A stretch of DNA of 63,639 bases, counting the filler, from Guillardia theta CCMP2712 (lineage: Eukaryota > Protista > Cryptophyta): NCBI RefSeq assembly GCF_000315625.1. It is 7 parts of 7 records of this genome, joined end to end, with 100 filler letters (N's around TTAATTAATTAA, not from the genome) between each part and the next. Parts side by side here need not be neighbours in the genome. Positions count along the whole stretch, not along the records: positions 1 to 19,320 come from NW_005434660.1; 6 more parts are not named here. The stretch is one strand, 5' to 3'. A program made the translations under genes and the position numbers. The number at the start of each line of letters is the position of its first letter. The first letter of the stretch is position 1. A model generated the notes under the pieces. The model had not been told where the DNA came from and searched no databases. It was given only the letters and a program-made list of their open reading frames with translations. Positions 1 to 11,582 of the stretch are shown piece after piece.

Positions 1-67
1 CCACCTTCTCTCTCTCGCTTCCTCCAACGTTTCCTTGCTCCTTGCTCGCCTCACCGCCGCCTGCTAG

Positions 68-2460
68 AAGAAGTTTCTGCCATCGACCGCAAGTCTCCGT
101 GGGCCCGAGGAAAGATGTATTCGTCCAGCTTTCGGTGCGCGTGCGAGAAGCGAGGAATGGCGAGGGAGAGAAATGCGAAGACAAATGAAATCAAAGGATA
201 GAGAAGGAGGAGGAGAGGAGCAGACGGAGGAGCAGACGGAGGAGGAGACGGAGGAGCAGAAGGAGGAGGAGATGGAGGAGGAGAGGGTCTAACTTTGTTT
301 TTCAGTGACTCGGCCATGGAACTTCACAACGAGATTCTTGACTTCGTCGCTTTCATCAAGGCAAGTCAAGTCGAGAAGTTGATCGAGCGAGAGCAGGAGG
401 AGGAGCTGAAACAGGAAGAGAGGACGAGGATGAGGAAGAAGAAGAGAAGGGAGAGGCAGCAAGGGGATCGAGCGAGGAGGGAGAGCGATGAAGTGGTAAC
501 ACACGTGAGACCAGCCTACCAACGCAGAAGTGAAGAGGAGGGAGATGCTCGTGCAGTTCTGTACGTCCGTCACCAAGGAGATCTGGCCGGAGGCGGAGCT
601 CAAAGTGTTCGGCTCCTACGCCACGGGGATGTTCCTTCCTTCCAGCGACGTGGACATGGTTGTTGTCAACTGCAGCGACTGTGATCCTCTAGTCAAACTT
701 GCGAAAGGTAAATGAGGAGAAATACCCCGAGGAGGAGAAGCGATGGGGAGGAGAAGCGAGGAGGAGGAGGAGGGATGAGGAGGAGAAGCGATGAGGAGGA
801 GGAGGTTGTGGACGAAAGGAGAGGGAGGGAGGAGGCTGTCGGCTCTTCTTTGCTGACATTCTGTTCTCTGCTTTCAGTTCTCAAGTCCGACGGAAATTTC
901 GATAAGATCCAAGTGATAGGAAAAGCCAAGGTGACGCTGCTGCTGCTGCTGCACTTGCTCAACGCTGCGATACCTCCAGGTTCCAATCATCAAGTTCGAG
1001 GACGTTCCTAGCGGCATCCCCTTGAACATTTGCTTCGGCCAAGAAGACGGACTCATCAATACAGAATGGGTCAAGGTAGCCTATCTCCTCCTCCTCCCTT
1101 CTCTCCTCCTCCTCCCCCTCCTCTCCTCCGCATCATCTCTCCTCTAGGACCTCCTCCTCTTCTCCTCCTCGCTTGCCCTTCCCTCCTCTCTCTCGCTCTT
1201 CTCTCCTTCAACCTCTCGTTCGTCTTCCCTGTCTAAAGTTATGATGCCTCAGGAGCAGAAGCAGAAGTGGCAGCCGCTAGAGCCGCTGCTTCTCGTCTTG
1301 AAGCAGGCAAGACCCCTCCCCTCCCCTCTGCTCTCCTTCCTCCTCTGCTCTCCTCTCTTCTCAATTCTCATATTTTTCTCTTCAGTTTCTCTATAATCGC
1401 GACCTGCATGAGACGTACACGGGAGGTAGGGAAGAGGAGAGAGAAGAGGGAGGAGCGAGGAGCGAGGAGGCTCACTGAGCGCAGGGATCGGCTCCTACCT
1501 CCTCACCATGACGATCATCAGCTGCCTGCAGCATCACCCAGGAGTTGGTCCCTCCTACCAGGAGGTGAGGAGGAGGAGGAGCGAGCCAAGAGGAGTAGCT
1601 TCTGAAAGGGGAGGATCAGGAGGAGGAGGAGGAGGAGGAGGAGGAGGAGGTTAGGATTGTATTTGTAAGATAACATTCTGGCTGGCACTCNNNNNNNNNN
1701 NNNNNNNNNNNNNNNNNNNNNNNNNNNNNNNNNNNNNNNNNNNNNNNNNNNNNNNNNNNNNNNNNNNNNNNNNNNNNNNNNNNNNNNNNNNNNNNNNNNN
1801 NNNNNNNNNNNNNNNNNNNNNNNNNNNNNNNNNNNNNNNNNNNNNNNNNNNNNNNNNNNNNNNNNNNNNNNNNNNNNNNNNNNNNNNNNNNNNNNNNNNN
1901 NNNNNNNNNNNNNNNNNNNNNNNNNNNNNNNNNNNNNNNNNNNNNNNNNNNNNNNNNNNNNNNNNNNNNNNNNNNNNNNNNNNNNNNNNNNNNNNNNNNN
2001 NNNNNNNNNNNNNNNNNNNNNNNNNNNNNNNNNNNNNNNNNNNNNNNNNNNNNNNNNNNNNNNNNNNNNNNNNNNNNNNNNNNNNNNNNNNNNNNNNNNN
2101 NNNNNNNNNNNNNNNNNNNNNNNNNNNNNNNNNNNNNNNNNNNNNNNNNNNNNNNNNNNNNNNNNNNNNNNNNNNNNNNNNNNNNNNNNNNNNNNNNNNN
2201 NNNNNNNNNNNNNNNNNNNNNNNNNTTCAACATTCGCAACGTTCAGCGAGCGCTTGAGTACGCCTTCTTCTCCCTCGCCCGATGGTCCAGAGGTCATGCG
2301 AGGGCGATGAAGCTTGCGCGCGTTTGACCAGAGGGAGCAGGAGGAGGAGAGACGAGGCTAGGCAGCATCTTGCGGTGGGACCAGCGCTGGGACAGGTTCT
2401 CCTCTTCCTACCTCCTGCTGCTGCTCCTCTTCCTACCTCCTCTTCCTGCTCCTGCCCCTG

Positions 2461-2491
<31 letters not shown>

Positions 2492-2903
2492 CTTTGCGTG
2501 CTGCCTCATCCTGCTCTTGATGGCTCTTCCCAGCGCCTTCGCCGAGCATCGGCTTCGTCGCTTCTCGTCCGCTCCCAGCAGCAGGTGATGCTGACGCCAC
2601 AGAGGAGGACGAGACTGACGTTGAGGCAGAGGAGGAAGAGAGGGAGACGTGCAGAGCAGCAGGGCAAAGGACGGAGAATCAGGAGGAGGGAGAGGTGGAG
2701 GGAGAGGAGGGGGAGTAGGAAGAGGAGGAAGGGGTGGTGGTGGAGGAGGAGGATGGAAGGAGGGAAACGAGAAAGGAGGCAGAGGAGCAGACAGAGGAGG
2801 AGACGTGCGGGGAGGCAGAGGAGGAAAGCAACAAACTCCCAACTTCTTCCGGAGGCAGCGACATCAGGAACTATTCAAGCGAGCCAAGAGGAGTAGCTTC
2901 TGA
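68..2903 (+). CDS. Non-canonical poly(A) polymerase, TRF4/PAPD5 (TENT4)-like; multi-exon, 5' end uncertain, internal N gap
   Basis: Spliced exons give LHNEILDFVAFIK|PTNAEVKRRE, the nucleotidyltransferase motif VFGSYATGMFLPSSDVDMVV, KAK|VPIIKF, LLLVLKQ|FLYNRDLHETYTG, IGSYLLTMTII, and FNIRNVQRALEYAF after the gap. Probable stop TGA at 2901-2903. Confidence 0.85.
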
Positions 2904-3009
2904 AAGGGGAGGATCAGGAGGAGGAGGAGGAGGAGGAGGAGGAGGAGGTTAGGATTGTATTTGTAAGATAACATTCTGGCTGGCACTCTCCCTCTCCTCC
3001 TCGCTCCTT

Positions 3010-5641
3010 CTAAAGGTTTGGCATCTTCAGCCCAAGTTTCCTGCAGAAGATGTTGCATGTATGACTCTGCAAAATATTTCAGCTCATCTCCTCCTGCTGC
3101 CCTTTTCCTTCCTTTCCCCTTCTTTACCTCGCTCTCCCTCTCTGCTCCCGCTAGTTCTTATCCTCGTCCTCTCCCTCGACTTCTCCATCTCTTCCCACCG
3201 ACATGAACCTTACCCTCTCGCCCCCTCTCCTCCTGTCTTCCTCCCTCCTGCTCCATCTTTACCTGGAAAAACGTCTTGATCCCCTCCTGCCGCTGCAACT
3301 TGATGTCAGGGTTCAAGAGGTGGGATTGTTGGGGGGGATAATTGATGATGGAGATGGAGATGGAGATGGAGATGACGCAGAGGAGGAGGAGGAGGAGAAA
3401 GAGGAGGAGGAGGAGGAAGGAGGAGGAGGAGGAGGAGGAGGAGGAGTTGACCTTGTTCGATCTGTGCTTCCACCCGTCCAATTTTTTGTCGGTGTGAATG
3501 GCAGGATCTGCCGCAAGCGTTCAGTCCTCCCTCTCTCCTTCCTCTCCTCCCGCGTCTACCTGTGAGCAAGAAACCGTCCACGGGGTTCCAGACTCCCTGC
3601 AGGTCACAGACGAGCGTATGGCCGTCGCTGACTTGGTAAGTGAAGTGGGAGAAGCACTGAGGGAGATCGTCGACACAGATCACCTCGTTGTCGTGCTCGT
3701 GCGTCAAGACTGCTTCTCCCTCGTCCTCCTCCTCCTCTTCGTCCTCTGCCTCTTCAAGAATCGCTCCGAGGCCTCTGTCAGCGGCAGGAGCGACGTAGGT
3801 CGAGGAGTCGCGGGAGCTCGAGGCGTCGAGCAGCTTGTTCTTGTGCGGCTCGATGGTCTTGCGGCAGACAGGGCACTTGTCATGCTCGACCTGGAAGTTC
3901 CTGAGGCACTCGAGGCAGAAGATCGCGTGACCGCAGGAGAGGCGTATCTGCCGTGGGTTGTCCCCGCAGACGAGACATTCCTTGGCCTTGCGCGAGCGCC
4001 GCACGAACCCATTGTTGTTGTTCCACTTGACAAAGTTGCCCTCCAGCTCCTCCTCCACGTAGACCCAGGCGACTCCGTCCTTGAAGCTGTCGTCCCGCAG
4101 CTCGTAGGCGAAGCAGGGGATGAAGTGAATGTTCCAGGCAGCAGGGCCCTGAAGCCGCCGGTTGAAGAGCACGGACATGGCATGCGCATCGCTCTGCACG
4201 TGGAAGGAGGGTAAGATATCTTTCAGCGTGTTCGCCAGCTCCATGTAGATGGACGACTTGGCGACCAGCCGCGGGCCCTGTCGCGTCACCAGACCTCCCC
4301 CCTGCTCATTGCGGAAGCTCACTTCCATGCATCGGAAGCGTAGCGCTCCGAGCCCTGCCCGAACCACTTGCGGTTGTGCACGAACCCGCCGACGACAGGG
4401 GCGACGCTGACTGGCTCCAGCGACTTGGTGGTGAAGTTCCACTTGTACTTGGCAGTGATAGTCATGTTTTCTCCGGCCCCGCTTGTCCTCCCCGCAGGCC
4501 TCACCACGTAGAGGTCCCAGCCGCGACGCAAGTCTACAGTGTCTGTGCTCGCCGCCCCCCTGTCCGACGTGTCTCGCTCGACGTTCCTGTTGCTGAGGGA
4601 GGCACCAGCCAACTCGTTGCAGAGCGAAGTGACGGTGCTGGTGAGAGAGGAAAAGGCCGTCCGCAAGCAGTTGGACGACAGCCCCAGCTTCTGGAAGGAA
4701 GAGTTGGGCAGCACCTTCGACATCTTCTCAAGGACCTCGTAGTCCTCGTTGCTGGGCCCGAAGGCAACCGTGCAAACAAACACTCGATCTCGACCGTAGA
4801 TGTCTCCAATCATCATCATCTTGTCCAGACACTCTGACGTCACCTCCTCCACCACCGCTCGCCGGCACCGGGCGTTCCCCGGGCACCTACGGAGTGACGG
4901 CTTGCTGGTGTAGTGGGAAGGAATCGACTTCCAGACGAAGACGCCATGGCAGCAGACCCTGTCGACGTGATCGCTCGGTACGCCATCGCTCAAGAAGAAG
5001 AGGAAGAGCTTCTCCTTACTTCCTCTCGACAGCTTCAGCAGTTCGAGCACAGCATCCAGCGCAGGGACATAATGGCCATGGCACCTCGGCGAGCTGATGG
5101 TGGCTCTGATCATAGGGATCAGCTCCTCGTTGATGGGATGCCTGCGGAGGACGATCGTCGGCTCAGTGGACATGTGCACAAGGGAGATGACGTGCTTCTC
5201 CTGCAGCGGCCCCTTCCCTCGCAGCAGCTCCACCCTCGGCTGGATGTGATCTCGGATCAGACAGTCATACACCGCGGAGATCCTCGACTCGTATCCTAGC
5301 ACGTCGTTCTTCCGCATGGACCCGCTGTGGTCAACGACGATGACGGTGTGGGTGGCCCCTGAGTCGAGGACCTCAGCTTCTCTCTCCTCTTCCCCGTTGA
5401 TTCTCCAGGAGCAGATGAGATTCTTGCCGCTGTGGTCCGTCAGGAACACTTGCCCCTTGTGAAAGACGCGCAGCCGAGCCTGCCCGTCCCGTCCCGGGTT
5501 TGCATACTCATACCTGCCGTGCTTCATGGCCTCGCGAAGCCTCTCTTTGGCCGATGATGCCATGCTGTCCTGGCTCTTGCTGCTCGGCCAGCAGGTCAGT
5601 GGGTTGACAGCAAGCGGGCGAGGAGAGCATGCACGGAGCAA
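3010..5641 (-). CDS. vWA-domain alpha-kinase (eEF2K/MHCK family) with an inserted RING finger; two apparent 1-bp frameshifts
   Basis: vWA MIDAS VIVVDHSGSM and LFFLSDG. Alpha-kinase motifs FGQGSERYA/FRCME, LVAK, VEEELEGNFVKWNNNNG, PQCFSHFTY, LVCDLQG, LT|DPAIH, GSTDR, GIKTFFQ|SHTCNIFCRKLGL; stop at 3010-3012. RING CLVC..CGHAIFCLEC..CPVCR. Start uncertain (Met at 5563 or an upstream exon). Confidence 0.85.
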
Positions 5642-6009
5642 GGAAGAAGAAAAACAGTCGGACAGCGAGGGGGGAAGAGGATGGTGTAGGTGGCAGTTTC
5701 AAGGCATTGGTGCGCGATAGTGTCGATAAAGGATCAAGCAAAGGCGGAACGTCAGAAGCAGGGACAGGAACAGCGGAGGGCAAAGAAGCAACAGTGAAAA
5801 ATCCTACAGGAGCTTGGAGGTACTGAAAGAAGCTAAGATTTAAGAAGAAGTTTAGATGAAGCTGGGTTTCTGACAACAAGCAGGAGCAGCAGGAGGAGGA
5901 AAAGCAAGAGGACGAGGGATGATGACGGAGAGGAGGACAAGGACAAGAACAAGCTTGGGAGGAGCAGGAGCATGAGAAAGGAGCAGGAGAAGGAGAAAGG
6001 ATCAGGATC

Positions 6010-6204
6010 AGGAGCAGGAGCAGGGGCAGGGGCAGGGGCAGGGGCAGGACCAGGGGCAGGACCAGGAGTAGGTGAAGGAGAAGGAGAAGGAGTAGCAGTA
6101 GGAGTAGGAGTAGGAGTAGGAGTAGGAGTAGGAGTAGGAGTAGGAGTAGGAGTAGGAGTAGGAGTAGGAGTAGGAGTAGGTGAAAGAGCAGGAGCAGGAG
6201 CAGG

Positions 6205-6275
<71 letters not shown>
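6010..6275. repeat. Compound hexamer microsatellite (GGAGCA/GGGGCA/GGAGTA)n
   Basis: Directly visible tandem hexamers. Confidence 0.95.
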
Positions 6276-6276
<1 letters not shown>

Positions 6277-6589
6277 AGGTAGGAAGAGGAGCGTAGCTAG
6301 CTATAGCTAAGAAACCTCGGGCTCGCGGTTTGTGGCTGCACCAGTCGCAGTACCGTAAATAAAAAACTGGTATGTTGGTGGAAGAAGCAGTACAAATACA
6401 AAAAGTCAAAAAGAAGCAGAGTACACTTTATTAGTACTGTAAGGGAACTTATATATTTATTCAGAGGAAAGACTCGTACAGTGATCAGTCTCGCTGTAGT
6501 TTACTGGGTCGTAGTAGATTTATATATGGTACTCTTGGCCTCAGCCTTCAAGTTATTTGCCTCAGCGGAGTCTGATCCGTCAATCCGAT

Positions 6590-6990
6590 CGGACCGACGG
6601 CGCTCCGGGCCCGGCCGGGCCCAGCCGGCTGTCACTGAGTCCTTCTCAGCCGCCATCCGAGTCATTCAGTGCGGGTGCGTTCGGCTGGCACGGTGCCACG
6701 GTGCGGGCGCCGCGTGGGGCCTTGGAACTTGATAGGCCTTCGCGCACTGTGACTTAACTTGACTTAGTGAACCGGGCCCGCCCCCAGTGGCCCCGGGCCC
6801 GGGGGCCCGGCGCGACGGTAGCCAGTGCGGCGTCCGACCTCTCATCGGAGTCGGATCCGGATGACCCAGTGACTCATCCCGGCCCGCCCGGCGTCTCCTG
6901 ACACTCCGAGACACCCGGGCCGCACCGTGCCAGTGGCCAGTGGCCGGGCCCCGCTGGCCGCCCGGCCCGGCCGGACTCGGGATTGTGACT
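6590..6990. other. CCGG/GGCC-rich intergenic island between divergent genes
   Basis: Dense CCGG, GGCC, CCCGGG, GTGAC and TGAGTCA-like words with no credible ORF; similar tracts near 37430-37640 and 39100-39260. Confidence 0.55.
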
Positions 6991-7040
6991 ATCATAGTTG
7001 ACTATAACGGCTTACAGTCCTTATTAGGCAAGGGAGGGGA

Positions 7041-8519
7041 ATGCCAGGATCGCAGGCGCTGCTGCTGGGGTTGGTGGCGCTGGCGAGCTTGAGGAGCTTA
7101 GGGTCGTGGGAGTTGAGCGAATGCCGAAAAGATGGGAGAGAGGACGAGGCATGCATCCTCTCTCGCCTCGACACAGAGGACGATGTTCGGTCTGCGTTCG
7201 ATGCTACCTCGGTCAGGTACAAAGTGATCCCAAACTATCTGCACTCTCGAATCCCAGAAAAAGACCGAGATGTCACGCTTGTGACTCAGGGGAGTCTCGA
7301 CAGACTGTCTCGGCTGAGAGATCAGGCACTGTCATGGAAGGGATCTTTGTCTGCAGCCATATACTTCAGGCACCATGAGCGGCAAGGGGAGAACTTGGAG
7401 AAAAACCTAGAAGCCCTGCGGGAGCTGCATAGAGAGATTGAAATGCTCGGTAGCTGCCGGCTACGGATATCTTTGCTGTTTGCACTTGATCCTGAAACCG
7501 CGGACAAAGAGTATGATACCTTGTGAGTTTCTGCCTGCTTTTCTTTTCGGCTGAGGATTGTACACTTCTAGGTACCCGATCAACGCCCTCAGGAACGTGG
7601 CGGTCAGAATGTCGTACACTGACCTCATCATGGTGATAGACATCGACTTTGTCCCTTCCAAAGGCTTCTGGGAGTACCTGACAGAGGAAGAGACCTACCA
7701 GTCCCTAGTCAGACGCGCGCAACAAGACCTGCACGTATGGGGGTTGGTGTCTCTCGAACTCCACGAGGTTACTGCCCGTTACACTGCGTTATCGACATCG
7801 TGACCTGTTGGCTTCTCCCCAGACGTTTCTCTCGCTCCCTCTCACCATCGGAGGGGTTGCCGAATGTCTCAAGAACGCGAGCGTTGTGGTGGCAGAGACT
7901 TACATTAACCCGGGAGCCCACGGCCCGGTGCAGATCGAGACATGGCTGGAGGCAAAGGAGGCAAAAGACTCTAGCAAAGTTCTCTCTGCTGATCTACACA
8001 GCAGATCTATGGTCCTCTCCCAGACTTGAGCGGGTTCGAACCCTTCGTTCTGGGATCAAGGCATGATTCTTCGGGAGCCCTGTGCCAGGACTGATGGAAG
8101 TGATGCAGGAAGCACCTTCCTCTCTACGATGAGCGTTTCCGAGGATATGGGTGGGACAAGACGACGCACGCGGCACAGGCGAGGCTTCTGCTTCTTCTGC
8201 CTCTTCTACTTTTTGTGCTGTAAACGTCTCTTCGACTGACGTACTCGCTGGCAGTTGCGACGGCTGGGTTTCTCTTACTTCATTCTTCCATATCACTTCG
8301 TCATCGCTCGTTACCATCAGCCGACCCCAACTGCAGTACGTCTCTTGCAGCGGCTGCCATACTCGTTGACGGGCCCTCAAGGTTCGGATCTTCGGCGATC
8401 AGCCCGACACGCTCCTGACGATGCGCATGGAGTGGCTGTTCAACCGATTCCTCATCCAGCTGGAGGAGAACTCCAGCTCAGTCCCCGTCTTAGCCTCTCA
8501 CGAGATATCATCCTTGTAA
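7041..8519 (+). CDS. Glycosyltransferase family 49 (LARGE/B4GAT1-like), multi-exon, N-terminal signal or anchor
   Basis: Motifs DVTLVTQGSLDRL, YPINALRNVA, the DxD motif VIDIDFVPS, DERFRGYGWDK and FILPYHFVI. The last exon reads WLFNRFLIQL to TAA at 8517-8519. Confidence 0.85.
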
Positions 8520-8592
8520 CTCGTCTCCGCGACCTCAACAGATGTTTGCTTCGCGGTGCCATCCACCAGCGAGATGATGCGACTTGGGCCAG

Positions 8593-9132
8593 CTACCGCA
8601 CCTTGCTGGGGTTATCCCTGTGAGCGCTCTTGCTGTGCCTGCTGTCGACCTGATCATCGGAATCATCCGACAGCTTCATGTCCTCTGCCATCGTTCTCTG
8701 GATGTCTGCATCCAACTCTGCAGTCAGTCTCTCGACGTCCTGCGCCTCGGCCTCGCTCAGGTCGTCCAACTCTGACGGGTCGGCACCTGGACGTCGAGCA
8801 TGTTTCTCGTGTGAGGGTCTTGACTGTCGTATGGGGGTATCTGCGAAAGGATCTCCATCTGAAGAGTGTTCAGAACCATAGTGGATGTCTCCTTGCAGAA
8901 TCTCCGGAGGCTGTTGTTCGAGGACGGAATCCTCCACTCCCTCCACATGAAGAGTCGGGATCTTTTCAGCTTCAGCTTCCTCTACCTCCTTGCTGATGTC
9001 GAAGAGACTGTCATCATCTGCCCCACCCCGCAGGCCGATGCACCGCATTCCCATCTGCGTGCACGTCGTCGCTTCGAGAGCCACCAGTGACAAAGATATT
9101 GCCATGAGGAAAACGTATCTTCTCACCTGCAT
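8593..9132 (-). CDS. Hypothetical acidic protein with signal peptide followed by an LRGG motif
   Basis: 179-aa ORF with hydrophobic N-terminus (VFLMAISLSLVAL), GLRGG, then an acidic region with coding-like composition. Confidence 0.6.
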   Translation of the reverse strand: MQVRRYVFLMAISLSLVALEATTCTQMGMRCIGLRGGADDDSLFDISKEVEEAEAEKIPTLHVEGVEDSVLEQQPPEILQGDIHYGSEHSSDGDPFADTPIRQSRPSHEKHARRPGADPSELDDLSEAEAQDVERLTAELDADIQRTMAEDMKLSDDSDDQVDSRHSKSAHRDNPSKVR

Positions 9133-9289
9133 TTTGAATGTTCAACCTTGCTCTGCCTGTTGTGATCTGTTTGGATACCTTATCCCCCTCTCACTTCCCA
9201 GAGTCCTTCCTACTTCCCTCCTCTCCGCCTCTCCTCATCCTGTGCTTCCTTTCCCTTCCAAATCTACCTCGAGCCTGCCTCGGGATTCA

Positions 9290-9830
9290 AAGTAGCCCCG
9301 GGCCACCGGGCTGCCGATCCCGAGAAAGCACCGGGTCACTGAGAGCTATAAAATCTTTTTGGGGGTATGACGGGGTGATGGAAGTAGTTTCAGGGGGTGG
9401 GTGAAGATTAACTTACATTTCATACTACCCCCTCATTTCCCTATATGGACCCACCTTTGGCTATTCTTGGTTTTCACTGTGCGTCCACGTATTTTTGCGG
9501 CTCACATTACCCCTACCCCATACCAGTAGACCTCGAACATACCCCTACCCCCAAGAATCATTCAGTACCGGTAGTCTCAACCTATAGACCCACAATTTTC
9601 CCCAGAAAAGTACCCTATGTGAAATACTATTTGGGTACCCCAGGTGAAAAAAAACAGCGACTTATCATTGCTATCCCTACCACGAGTACCTACCACCAAC
9701 AATGTCAGCTACCCCTGTCCATGATTTACCGATCTTCCGTTAAAAGAAATTCTCGAATTATTTTCAAAAGATAACATGATTTCAATCCTATTTCAGAGTT
9801 TCCCAGTACCCCACCCCCTATCTACCAGCG
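9290..9830. promoter_or_regulatory. GGGGT/ACCCC motif island between divergently oriented genes
   Basis: Clustered GGGGT, TACCC, GGTACC and ACCGGT words. A regulatory role is inferred from position only. Confidence 0.35.
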
Positions 9831-10039
9831 ATGTATACATCACTGCTCCTGCTCGAATGCCCCCTTTCAAGTAAGCCAGGGTGGCCTTGCTCACCACTGC
9901 TGATCTCAATCATATCGCATCATTCCCTCTCAAGGATAGACGTGTACCAGCTTTGCTTCAGTTGTCTCAATCTTTATCTCCTCACCTGACTATCGCATCC
10001 TCTTGTCTCTGAAACGAAAACAGAGCGTTCGATCCTAAA

Positions 10040-11582
10040 ATGAGGTTCACAACCGGGCACTCCTCCGGCATAAGGGACATACTCCATGAAGAAACATCCA
10101 AGCTTCGTGCAGAGTTTGATCGTGCAAGACTTGAGTTTGGCATACGCGACGAGGTGCTTGAGGAGCCAGCAGTCACATTCGACGGAAGCGACGCCTCGAT
10201 GGATAGCAGGAGCTCGTCGTCGTCGGAAATCTTTCGCCACGGCATCCTCAAGCCTCAGTATTCATCATCCTCTGCTCAGCATTCCTATCCACTGAATGAC
10301 CTCAGAGGAAGAGCTGACACCAGCGCTCCGCTGGAGTCATTCTGCTGGCCTGATTTATACCAGACCCTCGGCGACATGGCAGAACCCCCGGGGAGAATGC
10401 GCGACATGCCCTCGACCGCCAGGCAGCCGTCGGAGAGAAGACCAGCTCGACATGAAGAGGAAGCAGCGCGACTTCACAGCGCTCACTTTGAGCCTTCGAG
10501 ACAACCCGCGGTGGGGTATTCCGTGATGAGCCCGCGAGATCGGTACGAGAGTGCGGCCGTGCTCTACAAAGAGTCGCAGAACCTCATGAAGTACCTCGCC
10601 ACCATCTCCTCCGCTGCGGCCCGTCTCCAGCATGCGGTGGTCCGTCAGCAGTCGGAGTCTGTCATGTATCAGGATGAAGACGACTGCCCCTCTCCCGCAG
10701 CATGCCGATGCCGAAACAAACTTGGGCTGGAGCCTGTGAGCCAGCCGAGCCCAAGGCTGGAGCTGCTATGGAGCGAAGAAGTTCTCTTTCCCTCTCCAAC
10801 CGCACACAGGGCTCAGCCAAAGCACTTTGAGACCGTCCTTCCTCCTCAGAGCAGAAGTGTTGGTACACAGGTCAGTGCACAGGCAGCTCCCTGTTCAAGG
10901 CCTCCTGCTCGCAATGCGGACGATCATCATTCTCGGAGAAGAATTGAAGCAAGAACCAAGACAGTGCGCGTCAAGGATGTGGCAGTTGAAACTGAACCTC
11001 TCGCTGAACCCGATGAGCCTGAAGCACATCTCTCTGCGCCCCGCAGACAAGTGCACCGTCAAAGTGCAGACACTTCTTGCCAAACCGATCGGATTTGTCA
11101 GACCGAGCCCAAGGAAATGTCGGCGAGGTGCAGACTTGGAAGTGGAATCGCGGAGTCTTCCAAACACAAACAGCACGAAGAATCGAATCCGGTGCAGCAT
11201 CGGAAGCTTGCTAAGTCACAGGAAACACATGCGTCTGCTCGTAGCAAGAAGATGAAGAGAATTCTGATTAGAAGGTTGGATGGAAGCCCTGCTACACATG
11301 TTGCTGATGTGATGATGTCTTCAGGCTAAACGAGATCAACAACAGTATCACGGCATGCATCAATTCGTTTGATGGCATGTCGAACACCACAAGCCTTGAA
11401 GGTGTGCTGTCCTTGCTTATCAATGCTGCTCATGACTCTGATGTTCAGACATGCAAAATCTTGAGGTCAAGATTGAGTCATTGCAATCAGAATACTCGCA
11501 AGTTTGTCAAGTACTGGAGGAGCTGGGTGTGGATGTGAATAGAGAGCAGAGCGGTGGTTATGACAGCGACAGCGACAACTGA
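10040..11582 (+). CDS. Hypothetical protein with C-terminal coiled coil; 5' end may extend upstream
   Basis: 429-aa ORF plus two further spliced exons (RLNEINNSITAC.., MQNLEVKIESLQSEYSQVCQVLEELG..) ending TGA at 11580-11582. Confidence 0.6.

Noticed and set aside
1581-1690. 110-bp copy of the poly(A) polymerase 3' end (also at 2879-2988) placed mid-gene
   Set aside because: It starts in a GAG repeat and ends at an N gap, so it is most likely a mis-join rather than a real duplication.
5972-6409. Gly/Ala, Ser/Cys, Arg/Ser, poly-Asp and poly-Met ORFs here and at 18587-19083, 27113-27392 and 29250-29511
   Set aside because: These are translations of microsatellites with no independent coding signal.
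8255-8623. Apparent coding overlap between the glycosyltransferase and the downstream minus-strand ORF
   Set aside because: Splicing a short intron at about 8337-8381 gives a better GT49 C-terminus that stops at 8519, which removes the overlap.
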